In this document: piece by piece, positions 17,902-27,150 of the stretch
Position numbering within the stretch: position 1 is the first letter of the stretch
Layout of the letters: each line of letters starts with the position of its first letter
IMG/VR virus record: IMGVR_UViG_3300045988_137393
Strand: one strand, 5' to 3'
Length of the DNA: 64,000 bases
Source: a virus
Translations under genes and position numbers: made by a program
Notes under the pieces: generated by a model
Told to the model about the DNA's origin: nothing
The model's input: only the letters and a program-made list of their open reading frames with translations
The model's database searches: none

Positions 17902-20154
17902 TTGACAAAAGTAATTAAAAGAGATTGTTCAGAGGTTGATTTTGACAAATCAAAAATCTCAACTGCAATTCTTAAAGCAATGAAAAATGGCTCAGGTATT
18001 GTAAAACCAAAGATTGCAGAAGATATTGCAGACGAGATTGAAAATGAATGTAAGGATAAAGACGAAGTAAGCATCTCTGATATTGAATCAATGGTTTATG
18101 ATAAATTGATTACAAAAAAGCAGAGACTTACTGCAAAAGCGTATGAAGGATATAGACGTATTCGTGAGTTTCAGAGAGAAAATGAGAATACAACAGATGA
18201 AGAAATTCACAATCTTGTAGAAGACAAAGATGAATATTGGAAGGATGAAAATGCAAATAAAAATCCTGTATTAAACCCTACCAAAAGAGATTATATTGCT
18301 GGATCTGTTAGCACAGATATAACAAAAAGATATTTATTATCTCCTGAAATTATTCAGGCTCATAATGATGGACTAATTCATTTTCATGATGCTGATTATT
18401 TCTTGCAGCACATGCATAACTGTGGGTTGGTCAATTCTGAAGATATGCTTCAAAATAACACAGTTATTAGCGAAACTCTTATTGAAACACCGCATAGCTT
18501 TTCAACTGCTTGTAATATTGAAACACAGGCTATCGCACAGATTGCTAGTAACCAATATGGAGGACAAAGTATTTCTTTAGCACATCTTGCTCCATTTGTT
18601 AATGTGAGTAGAAAATCAATCAGAAAGAAAGTAACAGAAGAATTATATGATAATGGATTAATTAGTGAGTATGATGAAGACCTTGCAGAAGTTGTTCATA
18701 TCACCAATAAACGATTAAAAGAAGAAATAGAAAAAGGTGTTCAAACAATCCAGTATCAGTTGGTCACGCTTATGACAACAAATGGGCAAGCACCTTTTAT
18801 CACAATTTTTATGTATTTGAACGAAGCAAAAAACGAATGTGAGAAAGCTGACTTGGCAATGTTAATTGAAGAAATGCTTCACCAGAGAATTCAAGGTGTA
18901 AAAAACGAAAAGGGTGTTTACATTGCTCCTGCATTTCCAAAGCTTATTTATGTATTGGAAGAAGATAATATTACAGAAGATTCTAAATATTGGTATCTCA
19001 CAGAATTGGCTGCTGAATGTACATCTAAGAGACTTGTCCCTGATTACATATCCGAAAAAATGATGCTTGAATTAAAGGGTGATGTTTATACATGTATGGG
19101 CTGCCGAAGTTTTCTGACCGTTGATAGATTTACAGATAAAGTAGGGAATATTGCAAACGCAAAAAATTTTGATCCGAATAAACATAAATATTATGGGAGA
19201 TTCAATCAAGGCGTTGTAACGATTTCACTTCCAGATATTGCTTTCTCATCTGACGGAGATTTTGATAAATTTTGGGAAATCTTTGAAGAAAGAACTGAGT
19301 TGTGTCATAAAGCACTTAGGGCAAGACATGAAAGATTACTTGGTACATCTTCTGATGTAGCACCTATTTTATGGCAACATGGAGCATATGCTAGATTAAA
19401 GAAACATGAGAAAATCGACAGACTTCTTTATGATGGTTATTCTACAATCTCGCTTGGTTATGCTGGTTTATATGAATGTGTAAAATTTATGACTGGTCAT
19501 TCTCATTCTGATGAAGGGATTGGCGAAGAATTTGGATTAAAGGTTATGCAGGCGTTAAATGATAAATGCAATCAGTGGAAACAAGCTGAAAATATTGACT
19601 ATAGTTTGTACGGAACACCATTAGAGTCCACAACTTACAAATTTGCAAAGTGTCTAAAATCTCGTTTCGGTAGCGATATCTTTGAAAAATTAGATGGTTT
19701 TGATAGAAATTATATTACTAATTCATATCATATTCCTGTCTTTGAACATATCACGGCATTTGAAAAGTTAAGAATCGAATCAAAATTCCAAAAATTAAGT
19801 CCAGGGGGAGCAATTTCATATATCGAAGTACCAAGTATGAGTCATAATATTCCTGCTATATTAGAAGTCATTAAGTTTATTTACAACAACATCATGTATG
19901 CAGAGATCAACACAAAGAGTTGTTATTGTGAAAAATGTGGTTTTGATGGTGATATTCCTCTTGTATCAGATGAAAACAATAGACTTAAATGGGAATGTCC
20001 TAACTGTGGGAATACCGACAATACAACAATGGATATAGCATTTAGAGTTTGTGGTTATATTGGTACTGCAAAAAATGGTGGTAATCAGGGTAGATATGGT
20101 GATATCCATGATCGTGTTTATCATTTGGATGACATGGAATATACGGAGGATTAA
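17902..20154 (+). CDS. nrdD: anaerobic ribonucleoside-triphosphate reductase NrdD
   Basis: ATP-cone-like N-terminus VIKRDCSEVDFDKSKI. C-terminal zinc ribbon CEKCGF...CPNCG and glycyl-radical motif FRVCGYIG. Start moved to the in-frame TTG at 17902, which follows gaaaggag. Confidence 0.9.
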   Translation: MTKVIKRDCSEVDFDKSKISTAILKAMKNGSGIVKPKIAEDIADEIENECKDKDEVSISDIESMVYDKLITKKQRLTAKAYEGYRRIREFQRENENTTDEEIHNLVEDKDEYWKDENANKNPVLNPTKRDYIAGSVSTDITKRYLLSPEIIQAHNDGLIHFHDADYFLQHMHNCGLVNSEDMLQNNTVISETLIETPHSFSTACNIETQAIAQIASNQYGGQSISLAHLAPFVNVSRKSIRKKVTEELYDNGLISEYDEDLAEVVHITNKRLKEEIEKGVQTIQYQLVTLMTTNGQAPFITIFMYLNEAKNECEKADLAMLIEEMLHQRIQGVKNEKGVYIAPAFPKLIYVLEEDNITEDSKYWYLTELAAECTSKRLVPDYISEKMMLELKGDVYTCMGCRSFLTVDRFTDKVGNIANAKNFDPNKHKYYGRFNQGVVTISLPDIAFSSDGDFDKFWEIFEERTELCHKALRARHERLLGTSSDVAPILWQHGAYARLKKHEKIDRLLYDGYSTISLGYAGLYECVKFMTGHSHSDEGIGEEFGLKVMQALNDKCNQWKQAENIDYSLYGTPLESTTYKFAKCLKSRFGSDIFEKLDGFDRNYITNSYHIPVFEHITAFEKLRIESKFQKLSPGGAISYIEVPSMSHNIPAILEVIKFIYNNIMYAEINTKSCYCEKCGFDGDIPLVSDENNRLKWECPNCGNTDNTTMDIAFRVCGYIGTAKNGGNQGRYGDIHDRVYHLDDMEYTED

Positions 20155-20156
20155 AT

Positions 20157-20714
20157 ATGAGGTATGCGAGTATACGTAACCTTGATATTAGCAACGGGGC
20201 GAATATTGGAGTCGCCCTGTTTGTTCAAGGATGTGATAGAAATCCACACTGTAAAAACTGTTTCAATTCTGAAACATGGGATTTTAATAGTGGGAAAGAG
20301 TGGACAGAAAAAACAAAAAATAAATTTATGGAACTCATTGATAAACCATATATTAATCGAATTTCTGTTCTAGGTGGCGAACCTTTAGCGGAACAAAATC
20401 TCAATGAAGTATTATCTCTAATTAAAGAAATCCGTATTTCTTTTCCTGAGAAATCTATTTGGTTATATACGGGATATAATTTTGACCTTTTAAATTCCAA
20501 ATACAATGAATACAAATATACTCCGTTTGCAGCAAATGCAGATGAATGGCTTACACGATGGGAGATAATTTCTAATGTAAATGTGCTTGTAGACGGAGAA
20601 TATATAGATGAGAAGAGAGATATAACATTGAAGTGGTGCGGAAGTTCAAACCAACGAGTCATAAATGTGAAACAATCTCTCACTCAGAACAAAATGGTTT
20701 TATATTGTAATTAA
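20157..20714 (+). CDS. nrdG: anaerobic RNR activating protein NrdG (radical SAM)
   Basis: FVQGCDRNPHCKNCFN carries the radical SAM CxxxCxxC cluster. It immediately follows nrdD. Confidence 0.85.
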   Translation: MRYASIRNLDISNGANIGVALFVQGCDRNPHCKNCFNSETWDFNSGKEWTEKTKNKFMELIDKPYINRISVLGGEPLAEQNLNEVLSLIKEIRISFPEKSIWLYTGYNFDLLNSKYNEYKYTPFAANADEWLTRWEIISNVNVLVDGEYIDEKRDITLKWCGSSNQRVINVKQSLTQNKMVLYCN

Positions 20715-20725
20715 AAGAGATAAAA

Positions 20726-21586
20726 ATGATAAAAAAAGATAAAGATATAGTAAAAGAAATAGAGCAGCAAATATATCCGGCAACAGATGAAGAATATAAA
20801 AATATTGCTGATGAATTAAAAAACATGTCTTATACAAAAACGCCAAGTGGCATATTAAAAAACCCTTGTGCAAATTTAAACAAAGAATATTTATTTTTGT
20901 ATTTGGCAAAAGAATACAGTCGTATTTGGAAAGAATGGTCTTATGCCGAAGTATTAACAGATTTTTTAGAAGAAAATAAAAGTATTTTGAACTTACTTAT
21001 AAAAATCTTAGAAAAAGATACAGAGAATTTAACAAAAAATGAGGTTGTTGATTTAATTTTTAAGCTGTTTAGTGAGTGTTTTACAGAAATAGACTTAACA
21101 GATTTACAAGGAAGCGATAAAAAAGTTGAGGCTAAAAAAAATAATTTAATAGATGAAATTTACAAATGGCTTTCTAACAATGGATATACATATTCATATA
21201 AAACAAACAGTGCTCCAAACCAAACCATTTATGAAGAAGATAGATTTATTTTTTATCGAAAGATATTAGATGGATGTTCAAGAAAAATTAAAGAATTCTG
21301 CAATGCTCTTAATACATATGAGAAAGAGTTTGAAAGTTTCTTTATAGGAGAGTTAAATGATTTTATTCTTAATAATGCATGTATTTTAAGTGATAATTTT
21401 TTCAAAAGACATCCAGAGTATACAAGAAAAATGTCTATGAAAGAAATTGGTATACAAACGTGGGAAGAACATGACTTTAGTTTTAATATTATATATGTTG
21501 CGGAGTCAGGAATTTTTGAAAGAATTATAAATGATTTTGTAAATTTTGGAGGGGTATATAAATATGGAAATGGAAGATTTATATAA
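20726..21586 (+). CDS. hypothetical protein
   Basis: 286-aa ORF, no motif recognised. Confidence 0.45.
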   Translation: MIKKDKDIVKEIEQQIYPATDEEYKNIADELKNMSYTKTPSGILKNPCANLNKEYLFLYLAKEYSRIWKEWSYAEVLTDFLEENKSILNLLIKILEKDTENLTKNEVVDLIFKLFSECFTEIDLTDLQGSDKKVEAKKNNLIDEIYKWLSNNGYTYSYKTNSAPNQTIYEEDRFIFYRKILDGCSRKIKEFCNALNTYEKEFESFFIGELNDFILNNACILSDNFFKRHPEYTRKMSMKEIGIQTWEEHDFSFNIIYVAESGIFERIINDFVNFGGVYKYGNGRFI

Positions 21587-21899
21587 ATTAAAGAAGGGTG
21601 ATAAAGTTCTTGTTGAATGTACTGTAGAAGCAGTATTTGTTCAAAGCGGGATGGCAATGGTTAAGACAAGGGATTGTGATAATGGGTTTGATGCTTATGT
21701 AGATGAGGTTAAAGGTGTTTCAAATACACGTAACAATACAGAAGAAAACATCTTAAAGATTCTCAAAGAGTTTGAAAAATGCAAATATGATATTAAAAAA
21801 AATGTAAGTCCACAATTATATTATTTGTTGCTAAAACTAAAAGATTTATATAAAACTAAATGTATTAATTTTGGAAATGAGGTACAAGTAAATGAATAG
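21564..21899 (+). CDS. hypothetical protein
   Basis: Met at 21564 lies 8 nt after ggagggg. 111 aa. Confidence 0.4.
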   Translation: MEMEDLYKLKKGDKVLVECTVEAVFVQSGMAMVKTRDCDNGFDAYVDEVKGVSNTRNNTEENILKILKEFEKCKYDIKKNVSPQLYYLLLKLKDLYKTKCINFGNEVQVNE

Positions 21900-22056
21900 C
21901 ATTATTGGATTTCTGTTATTTTTTCTTGGAATCATAGTTGGCGCAACTATTGTATTTCTAGTTGTATGTCCAATAGTAAACTATATGTTTAACTATGTTC
22001 AAGATATGAAAGAATTTTTAAAAGACAAGGAGAATAAAACAAATGGAGAAAATTAA
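21892..22056 (+). CDS. small membrane protein (54 aa)
   Basis: Hand translation gives [29 protein letters not shown]... It overlaps the neighbours at both ends. Confidence 0.3.
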   Translation: MNSIIGFLLFFLGIIVGATIVFLVVCPIVNYMFNYVQDMKEFLKDKENKTNGEN

Positions 22057-22474
22057 AATTAAATACTTTGATGACGAAATTGATAAAATTGAAAAAATAA
22101 GCAAAGGTGATTGGATTGATCTCAGAAGTGCCGAAACCGTACACCTGAAGAAAGGTGAATTTCGTCTAATCCCACTTGGAGTTGGAATGAAACTACCAGA
22201 TGGATACGAAGCAAATATTGTTCCACGCAGCAGTACATATAAGAATTTCAAAGTCTTACAGACAAATTGTTTTGCAGTGATCGACAATTCATATTCGGGA
22301 GACTCAGATCAATGGAAACTTCCCGTGATTGCCATGGATGCCACTGTAATTCATAAGAATGATAGAATATGTCAATTCCGTATCAATAAAATTCAGCCAG
22401 GGATTGAGTTTGAGGAAGTAGAACGTTTGGATGAAACAAACAGAGGTGGTTTTGGTTCTACAGGAAAAGCATAA
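22043..22474 (+). CDS. dut: trimeric dUTPase
   Basis: Motif 3-like [14 protein letters not shown] and motif 5 RGGFGSTGK. 143 aa. Confidence 0.85.
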   Translation: MEKIKIKYFDDEIDKIEKISKGDWIDLRSAETVHLKKGEFRLIPLGVGMKLPDGYEANIVPRSSTYKNFKVLQTNCFAVIDNSYSGDSDQWKLPVIAMDATVIHKNDRICQFRINKIQPGIEFEEVERLDETNRGGFGSTGKA

Positions 22475-22475
22475 T

Positions 22476-22679
22476 ATGGATAGTGCAACAAAAGTACCAT
22501 TAAGTGAGAAATTTAATCTAACTGTTTCAGAAGCAATTATTTACTTTAATATAGGAAGAGACAAACTGTATGAATTAGCAAAAGAAAATGGTAATGATTA
22601 CACACTACATAACGGTAAAACGATCCTATTCAAGCGTAAACAGTTAGAAAAATACTTAGAAAAACGTTCATATATTTAA
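22476..22679 (+). CDS. excisionase-like helix-turn-helix DNA-binding protein
   Basis: 67 aa starting at the internal Met. LTVSEAIIYFNIGRDKLYELAKEN resembles a MerR/Xis-type HTH. Located immediately upstream of the integrase. Confidence 0.5.
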   Translation: MDSATKVPLSEKFNLTVSEAIIYFNIGRDKLYELAKENGNDYTLHNGKTILFKRKQLEKYLEKRSYI

Positions 22680-22716
22680 AATTGTAAAAGATCAAATTTT
22701 GTGATATAGTTATTAC

Positions 22717-22730
22717 AGGTTTGGTCTTTT
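22717..22730. repeat. left copy of a 14-bp inverted repeat (aggtttggtctttt) flanking the integrase gene
   Basis: Its perfect reverse complement, aaaagaccaaacct, occurs at 24207-24220. Confidence 0.8.
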
Positions 22731-22750
22731 ACCCATAGAAAGGAGTACAG

Positions 22751-23923
22751 ATGGGTAAAGATTTAAAAGGTAAAGAACTTGGTGTGGGGTTGAATCAACG
22801 AAAGGATGGTAGGTATCAAGCACGATTTACTAAAAAAGGTGGTAAACGTGCAGAAAAGAATTTTGATAAAATAACAGAAGCAAGAGAATGGTTGTCAAAA
22901 GAAAAATATTTAGATAATATTCTAAGCAATAATAATATGACTGTAGATGAATGGTATAATTACTGGATTGAGAATTATAAAGAAGGAATTGTAAAAGATA
23001 ATACGACTAATAATTATAGACATCGTTATAAATACATTATAAAAAATGCCATTGGAGATATAAAATTAACAGATGTTAAACAAATCCATTGCCAAAAAAT
23101 TCTCAACCAAATGTTTGATAGTGGTAAATATTCGTATGGAACCATGGAGTTGACAGCTATTACAATGCACGCAATATTCAAATGTGCAGTAGAAAATAAT
23201 TATATCAGTAAGAATCCGGCAAATAACCTAAAAATTAAAAAACGTGACATTGACTTAATAGAAAGACGAGTTTTAACAAGAGAAGAACAAAAAATATTTA
23301 AAGAATATGCAAAAAACACTCTTTATTATAATGCATATTGCTTAGTTCTTGAAACCGGGTTAAGAGCCGGAGAAGTCGGTGGACTAAAATGGGATGATAT
23401 AGATTTTGATAATCACTATTTGTATGTAAACAGAACTCTCTTGCAAGACAAACAGAAGGGCGGTTTCTTTTTTGGAACACCAAAATCAAGATTAAGTAAA
23501 AGAAAGATTCCTTTAACAGATGAGGCAATCAAAGTCCTTAACGATCAAAAACAAGTGCAAAACAGACTGAAATTTCAAAATGACAAATGGGTTTCAAGAT
23601 GGGATGGACTTGTATTTACAACTATCAATGGTAATCCTGTTGGAACATCAACTTTTAGAACCATGATGGTGCGAATTGTTGCTAATATAAATAAAGACAG
23701 AATGATTAACAGTGTTGATGGGCAGTATGAAGAATTTGAACATTGTTATATGCACTCGCTCAGACATACATTTGCCACACGATGTATTGAAAAAGGAGTA
23801 CAACCTAAATCATTACAGAAGATGCTTGGACATTCTACAATTCAAGTAACAATGGATCTTTATGTTCATGTTACAGATGAACAATTAAGTGACGAAATTG
23901 AGAAGATGAATAAAGCCATTTAA
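22751..23923 (+). CDS. int: tyrosine-type phage integrase
   Basis: C-terminal catalytic region HSLRHTFATRC ... LGHSTIQVTMDLYVHV (HxxR and catalytic Tyr), with an RAGE motif upstream. 390 aa. Confidence 0.9.
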   Translation: MGKDLKGKELGVGLNQRKDGRYQARFTKKGGKRAEKNFDKITEAREWLSKEKYLDNILSNNNMTVDEWYNYWIENYKEGIVKDNTTNNYRHRYKYIIKNAIGDIKLTDVKQIHCQKILNQMFDSGKYSYGTMELTAITMHAIFKCAVENNYISKNPANNLKIKKRDIDLIERRVLTREEQKIFKEYAKNTLYYNAYCLVLETGLRAGEVGGLKWDDIDFDNHYLYVNRTLLQDKQKGGFFFGTPKSRLSKRKIPLTDEAIKVLNDQKQVQNRLKFQNDKWVSRWDGLVFTTINGNPVGTSTFRTMMVRIVANINKDRMINSVDGQYEEFEHCYMHSLRHTFATRCIEKGVQPKSLQKMLGHSTIQVTMDLYVHVTDEQLSDEIEKMNKAI

Positions 23924-24076
23924 AATACACTGGTGTAAAATTGGTGCAAAAATAACAAAATAAAATATTGATTGGTAAGAAAACCCAGTAAAATCAATGC
24001 TTTCAGACATGAAAATTGTAAAAGTTACACATTACGCTAAGTAATTTTACCGCTAATTAAAACAGAGCAAAAAACG

Positions 24077-24125
24077 TGGAAAGTATTGATATTATAGTGT
24101 TTTCAATACTTTCCATTTTTGTTTT
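24077..24125. terminator. bidirectional intrinsic terminator
   Basis: Perfect 13-bp stem tggaaagtattga / tcaatactttcca with a 13-nt loop. An A-run lies upstream and tttttgtttt downstream. Confidence 0.7.
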
Positions 24126-24206
24126 ATTAACTATTTTGTCCTATAGTATACTGTATTGTATGGTATGATTGGTGTCAAATTGGTGCAAGATTTTAGTAAT
24201 TGGTGC

Positions 24207-24220
24207 AAAAGACCAAACCT
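24207..24220. repeat. right copy of the 14-bp inverted repeat flanking the integrase gene
   Basis: aaaagaccaaacct is the reverse complement of 22717-22730. Confidence 0.8.
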
Positions 24221-24274
24221 TATTTTAGATATATTTGATTCTTGAAAACTTCAAAAATGAAATGTATCCAAAAT

Positions 24275-24317
24275 CGTAAAAAATAGGGACAGGTAGAAAT
24301 TCATCTACTTATCCCTA
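24275..24317 (-). terminator. intrinsic terminator of the minus-strand late operon
   Basis: Stem taggga..ggtaga / tctact..tcccta, followed on the minus strand by tattttttacg. The same tail cgtaaaaaataggga occurs at 53403. Confidence 0.6.
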
Positions 24318-24338
24318 AATTATTATTACATCATCATA

Positions 24339-24590
24339 TTACAACATCTGTCCGTTCCATTTTCGTCTATTCTCTGTGTCATATTCAACTTGAATCCGTG
24401 AGAGCGTATCATTGTGGCTTAATTCTTCATAGGCATCTTCCTGAGTCTCATACAAACGTTTTAAAGGCAATTGAGTACCACACCCATCAGTGAAACGTAT
24501 AATCACCAAATTCCCATTAATGCGAACTATTTTACATTCCCGAACAGTTCTATTGTTTTCTATAATCCATGCAGTATCACCTTGTTTCAT
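24339..24590 (-). CDS. hypothetical protein
   Basis: 83-aa ORF with RBS agaggtg. It is the last gene on the minus strand. Confidence 0.45.
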   Translation of the reverse strand: MKQGDTAWIIENNRTVRECKIVRINGNLVIIRFTDGCGTQLPLKRLYETQEDAYEELSHNDTLSRIQVEYDTENRRKWNGQML

Positions 24591-24615
24591 ATTATCACCT
24601 CTGCTATATTATGAC

Positions 24616-24677
24616 ATTATAACAGAATATATATTCGTATGTCTACAGAATTGTTGTAAGTATACGAACATATATTC
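24616..24677 (-). promoter_or_regulatory. extended -10 promoter (tgttataat) overlapped by a 16-bp inverted repeat
   Basis: The minus strand reads tgttataat at 24624-24616. The arms gaatatatattcgtat (24625-24640) and atacgaacatatattc (24662-24677) are 15/16 complementary. Confidence 0.4.
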
Positions 24678-24688
24678 GATAATCTTGT

Positions 24689-24707
24689 CTAAACGGCAGT
24701 TTAAATA
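24689..24707 (+). repeat. recombination-site candidate S3 (ctaaacggcagtttaaata)
   Basis: 18/19 identical to the reverse complement of S2 and 17/19 to that of S1. Contains the dyad (c)taaac-ggca-gtttaa. Confidence 0.75.
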
Positions 24708-24979
24708 ATAAAGTCAATAAAATAAGATATGACGATTCGAATAACGGCAGGGAAATCTCATATCTTGGATCTGCGTTTATTGTCGTATATCAAGGCGGCG
24801 CATTAGGGGCAGCAATATATTTTGTTAATTCTACAGAATATGTTTTCCAATACACTAAAATTAGTGATACTTTAACAGATTACCCTGTTACATTTTCGTC
24901 TGTAGATAAAAACACTGGAACTTTTAATATTGCATGGGACATAGCAAATTATGCCGTTCTCTTAGTTCCACTAGTGTAG
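24689..24979 (+). other. silent tail-fibre C-terminal cassette b (start-less ORF, inverted orientation)
   Basis: A 96-codon open frame, LNGSLNNKVNKIRYDDSNNGREISYLGSAFIVVYQGG...LLVPLV, ends with stop 24977-24979. An in-frame TAA lies 2 codons upstream of the site. There is no start codon or RBS. Confidence 0.6.
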
Positions 24980-24997
24980 AATGCATCGAGCAATAAA

Positions 24998-25294
24998 CTA
25001 AATGTTTATGCAGTCAACTTGAATCCAGGATTTTTTCGACGTAATTGTTACCAACCTCGTCGCAACATCGAGCGTAATTTCATACGTTTGTGATATAACA
25101 CTTGACGAGTGCAATGGGACTAAAGCATGTGCATATTCAGATACGCATCTGCATAAATAAACATCAGCTTCAGCGTTATTTCCGTAAGTTATAAAAAACA
25201 ACGATAATATATTGATCGGAAAGGTATGCGATTCATTATCTGTTGCGTAGCCTTGGGATGTCTTTGATACATATTTATTTAAACTGCCGTTTAA
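24998..25294 (-). other. silent tail-fibre C-terminal cassette a (same orientation as the tail fibre)
   Basis: The frame from S2 reads LNGSLNKYVSKTSQGYATDNESH...QVDCINI. The track ATG at 25363 has no SD, and the sequence upstream of S2 is unrelated to the tail fibre. Confidence 0.6.
25276..25294 (-). repeat. recombination-site candidate S2 (plus strand tatttaaactgccgtttaa)
   Basis: 18/19 identical to S1. In frame it encodes LNGSLN. Confidence 0.75.
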
Positions 25295-25432
25295 TCCAAC
25301 ATTACCAAACAAAAGTTCTATATATAATACAAAATAAACATAAAATACTATAATTGCACACATTTTTGTTTGATTTTGTGTGCTTTGTTCTTTTGTTGTC
25401 AGGTGTATATTGACACATTTATATACGTATAT

Positions 25433-26413
25433 TCACATAACCTTATTAAATTCGTTTCTAATATTTTTCTTATCACAAATGCAATAAATCATAGTAGTGT
25501 CTAACTTTGCATGTCCTAAGATTTGCTGAACATACTGAATTGGCATACCTTTACGGGCTAATTCTGTTGCCATTGTACGTCTACATCTGTGAGGATGAAC
25601 ATTTGTCACATTTGCAATATCGCCAATCTTATGTAACCTCTGTCGAATACTTTCCTTTGACATTCTTGTACCATGATCATTAAGAAACAATGGTTCAAGA
25701 TTATCTTCTCTAGTCATAATATATTCTTTGATATAATACATAGAGCGTTCAGATATGTAAACCGTCCTTTCTTTGTTACCTTTCCCAACGATAGTACATT
25801 CGCCCGATTTAAAATCAATATCCTCACGATTTGCATTCTGTACTTCAGAAACTCGACATCCAGTAGAAAACATAAATTCTAATAACGCACGATTTTTAAT
25901 TGTATCGCAGTTATCTAAAAGCTTTTCTACATCTTCATCAGAGAATGGTTTCTTTGTGACATATCGAGACTTAATCTCATGGATTTTCAACATTGGATTC
26001 TTTGGAATAATTTCTTCAATGGTCAACCATCTAAAGAACGCAGAAAGGTTTTTTCTCCTATTATTAGCAGTAGTATTTGAAACTCTTTGCTGATACAATG
26101 AGAGTGCCCATCTAATGTCGTTTGTAGTAATATCCTTTATATTTTTGTTTCCAAGATCATCTAACGTGTGCTTAATCGAATCCATATACTGATAAATTGT
26201 ACTAGGTGAACGACCTTCAAGACGCAAAGAAGCTCTATATGTATTAAGAATTTTCTCATTCTCATTTTCAAGTACACACAATTCTGTATGTTTCTCATTT
26301 ATATCATATTTTCTAAGTAATGCACAAAGGCATCCATCAAATAACATTACATTTTTATCATCCGCAAATCTGCTAACCATATCTAATAATTCTAATCTAA
26401 ATTTCTCTTCCAT
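25433..26413 (-). CDS. XerC/XerD-like tyrosine recombinase (candidate shufflon invertase)
   Basis: N-terminal SAM-like core-binding region LEGRSPSTIYQYMDSIKHTL. Catalytic TGCRVSEV (Arg), HPHRCRRTMATEL (HxxR) and LGHAKLDTTMIYC (Tyr). Start set at the Met that has a ggagg 11 nt upstream. Confidence 0.85.
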   Translation of the reverse strand: MEEKFRLELLDMVSRFADDKNVMLFDGCLCALLRKYDINEKHTELCVLENENEKILNTYRASLRLEGRSPSTIYQYMDSIKHTLDDLGNKNIKDITTNDIRWALSLYQQRVSNTTANNRRKNLSAFFRWLTIEEIIPKNPMLKIHEIKSRYVTKKPFSDEDVEKLLDNCDTIKNRALLEFMFSTGCRVSEVQNANREDIDFKSGECTIVGKGNKERTVYISERSMYYIKEYIMTREDNLEPLFLNDHGTRMSKESIRQRLHKIGDIANVTNVHPHRCRRTMATELARKGMPIQYVQQILGHAKLDTTMIYCICDKKNIRNEFNKVM

Positions 26414-26538
26414 AACGTAAAATACCTCCATTCTAAATCAAAATTTATATGTTCTACATATATATTCTCCATTTGGAAATAAATGGAATTGATTTTAGAA
26501 CGGAGGTTCGGTTATTCAATATTCAGTTGTAGATAAGA

Positions 26539-26721
26539 TTATTCGGATACAATACAATCTGAGAATCCATCAAGTTCCAAGATACTATTTACAGTATCCT
26601 GATAACGTCCATACAGTTTTGCGGCACTCTTTCTTACGAAATATGCTCTGTACTTTGCCTGTCCTTTTTCAAAACTAATTTCTCTTGCTTCTTCAATTCT
26701 TGTTGCCATAAATGTTTCCAT
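26539..26721 (-). CDS. small hypothetical protein downstream of the tail fibre
   Basis: 60 aa, RBS aaaggaga. Confidence 0.45.
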   Translation of the reverse strand: METFMATRIEEAREISFEKGQAKYRAYFVRKSAAKLYGRYQDTVNSILELDGFSDCIVSE

Positions 26722-26747
26722 ATTAAAATTCTCCTTTGAAATATATT

Positions 26748-27131
26748 TTATTCAGCACCTTCAGTATTTTCCATACCTGGAATAATATCTGTGATGATTG
26801 AATCAATAGCAGTAGCGTTTGCAATGTGACCTTTTTCCAATGAATCTAAACGCTTTTCAATATCTGTCTTTTCTCTGAGCGAGATAGTAACGATGTAGGC
26901 AGTTTCGTCCTCTGTTTTTGCATACGAGAACGATTCGCTTACTAAATCGGTATACTTTCCAGATACCTCATCATTGTGTGTAAATGCGACTTCCGCAAGG
27001 TTGTCTGCAGTAAAAGCATCCGTGATTGCTTTAATTCCATCAAAGTCTTTCGACTGAATCTGAATATTGCCGAGACTCGCTCCTTCAGCAACCTCGAACT
27101 CTGTTTTGTTTTTCAGGATAATTTTGTCCAT
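26748..27131 (-). CDS. hypothetical protein (possible tail-fibre accessory or chaperone)
   Basis: 127 aa, RBS aaggaagg. It lies immediately downstream of the tail fibre. The function is positional inference only. Confidence 0.4.
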   Translation of the reverse strand: MDKIILKNKTEFEVAEGASLGNIQIQSKDFDGIKAITDAFTADNLAEVAFTHNDEVSGKYTDLVSESFSYAKTEDETAYIVTISLREKTDIEKRLDSLEKGHIANATAIDSIITDIIPGMENTEGAE

Positions 27132-27150
27132 TTTTATTACCTTCCTTTCT

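Larger units (their letters stand above)
23930..24222. promoter_or_regulatory. candidate attP region with integrase-binding-type repeats
   Basis: attggtgcaa occurs three times (about 23939, 24176 and 24199) and tggtgt(a/c)aaattggtgcaa twice. The local dyad ttggtgc-aaaa-gaccaa lies at 24200-24216. The region sits between convergent operons, immediately after int. Confidence 0.4.

Noticed and set aside
24998-25363. The track's 121-aa ORF, treated as an ordinary independent gene.
   Set aside because: The ATG at 25363 has no SD. The first 23 codons are hydrophobic filler unrelated to anything nearby. The meaningful part begins exactly at repeated site S2. It is better explained as a silent tail-fibre cassette.
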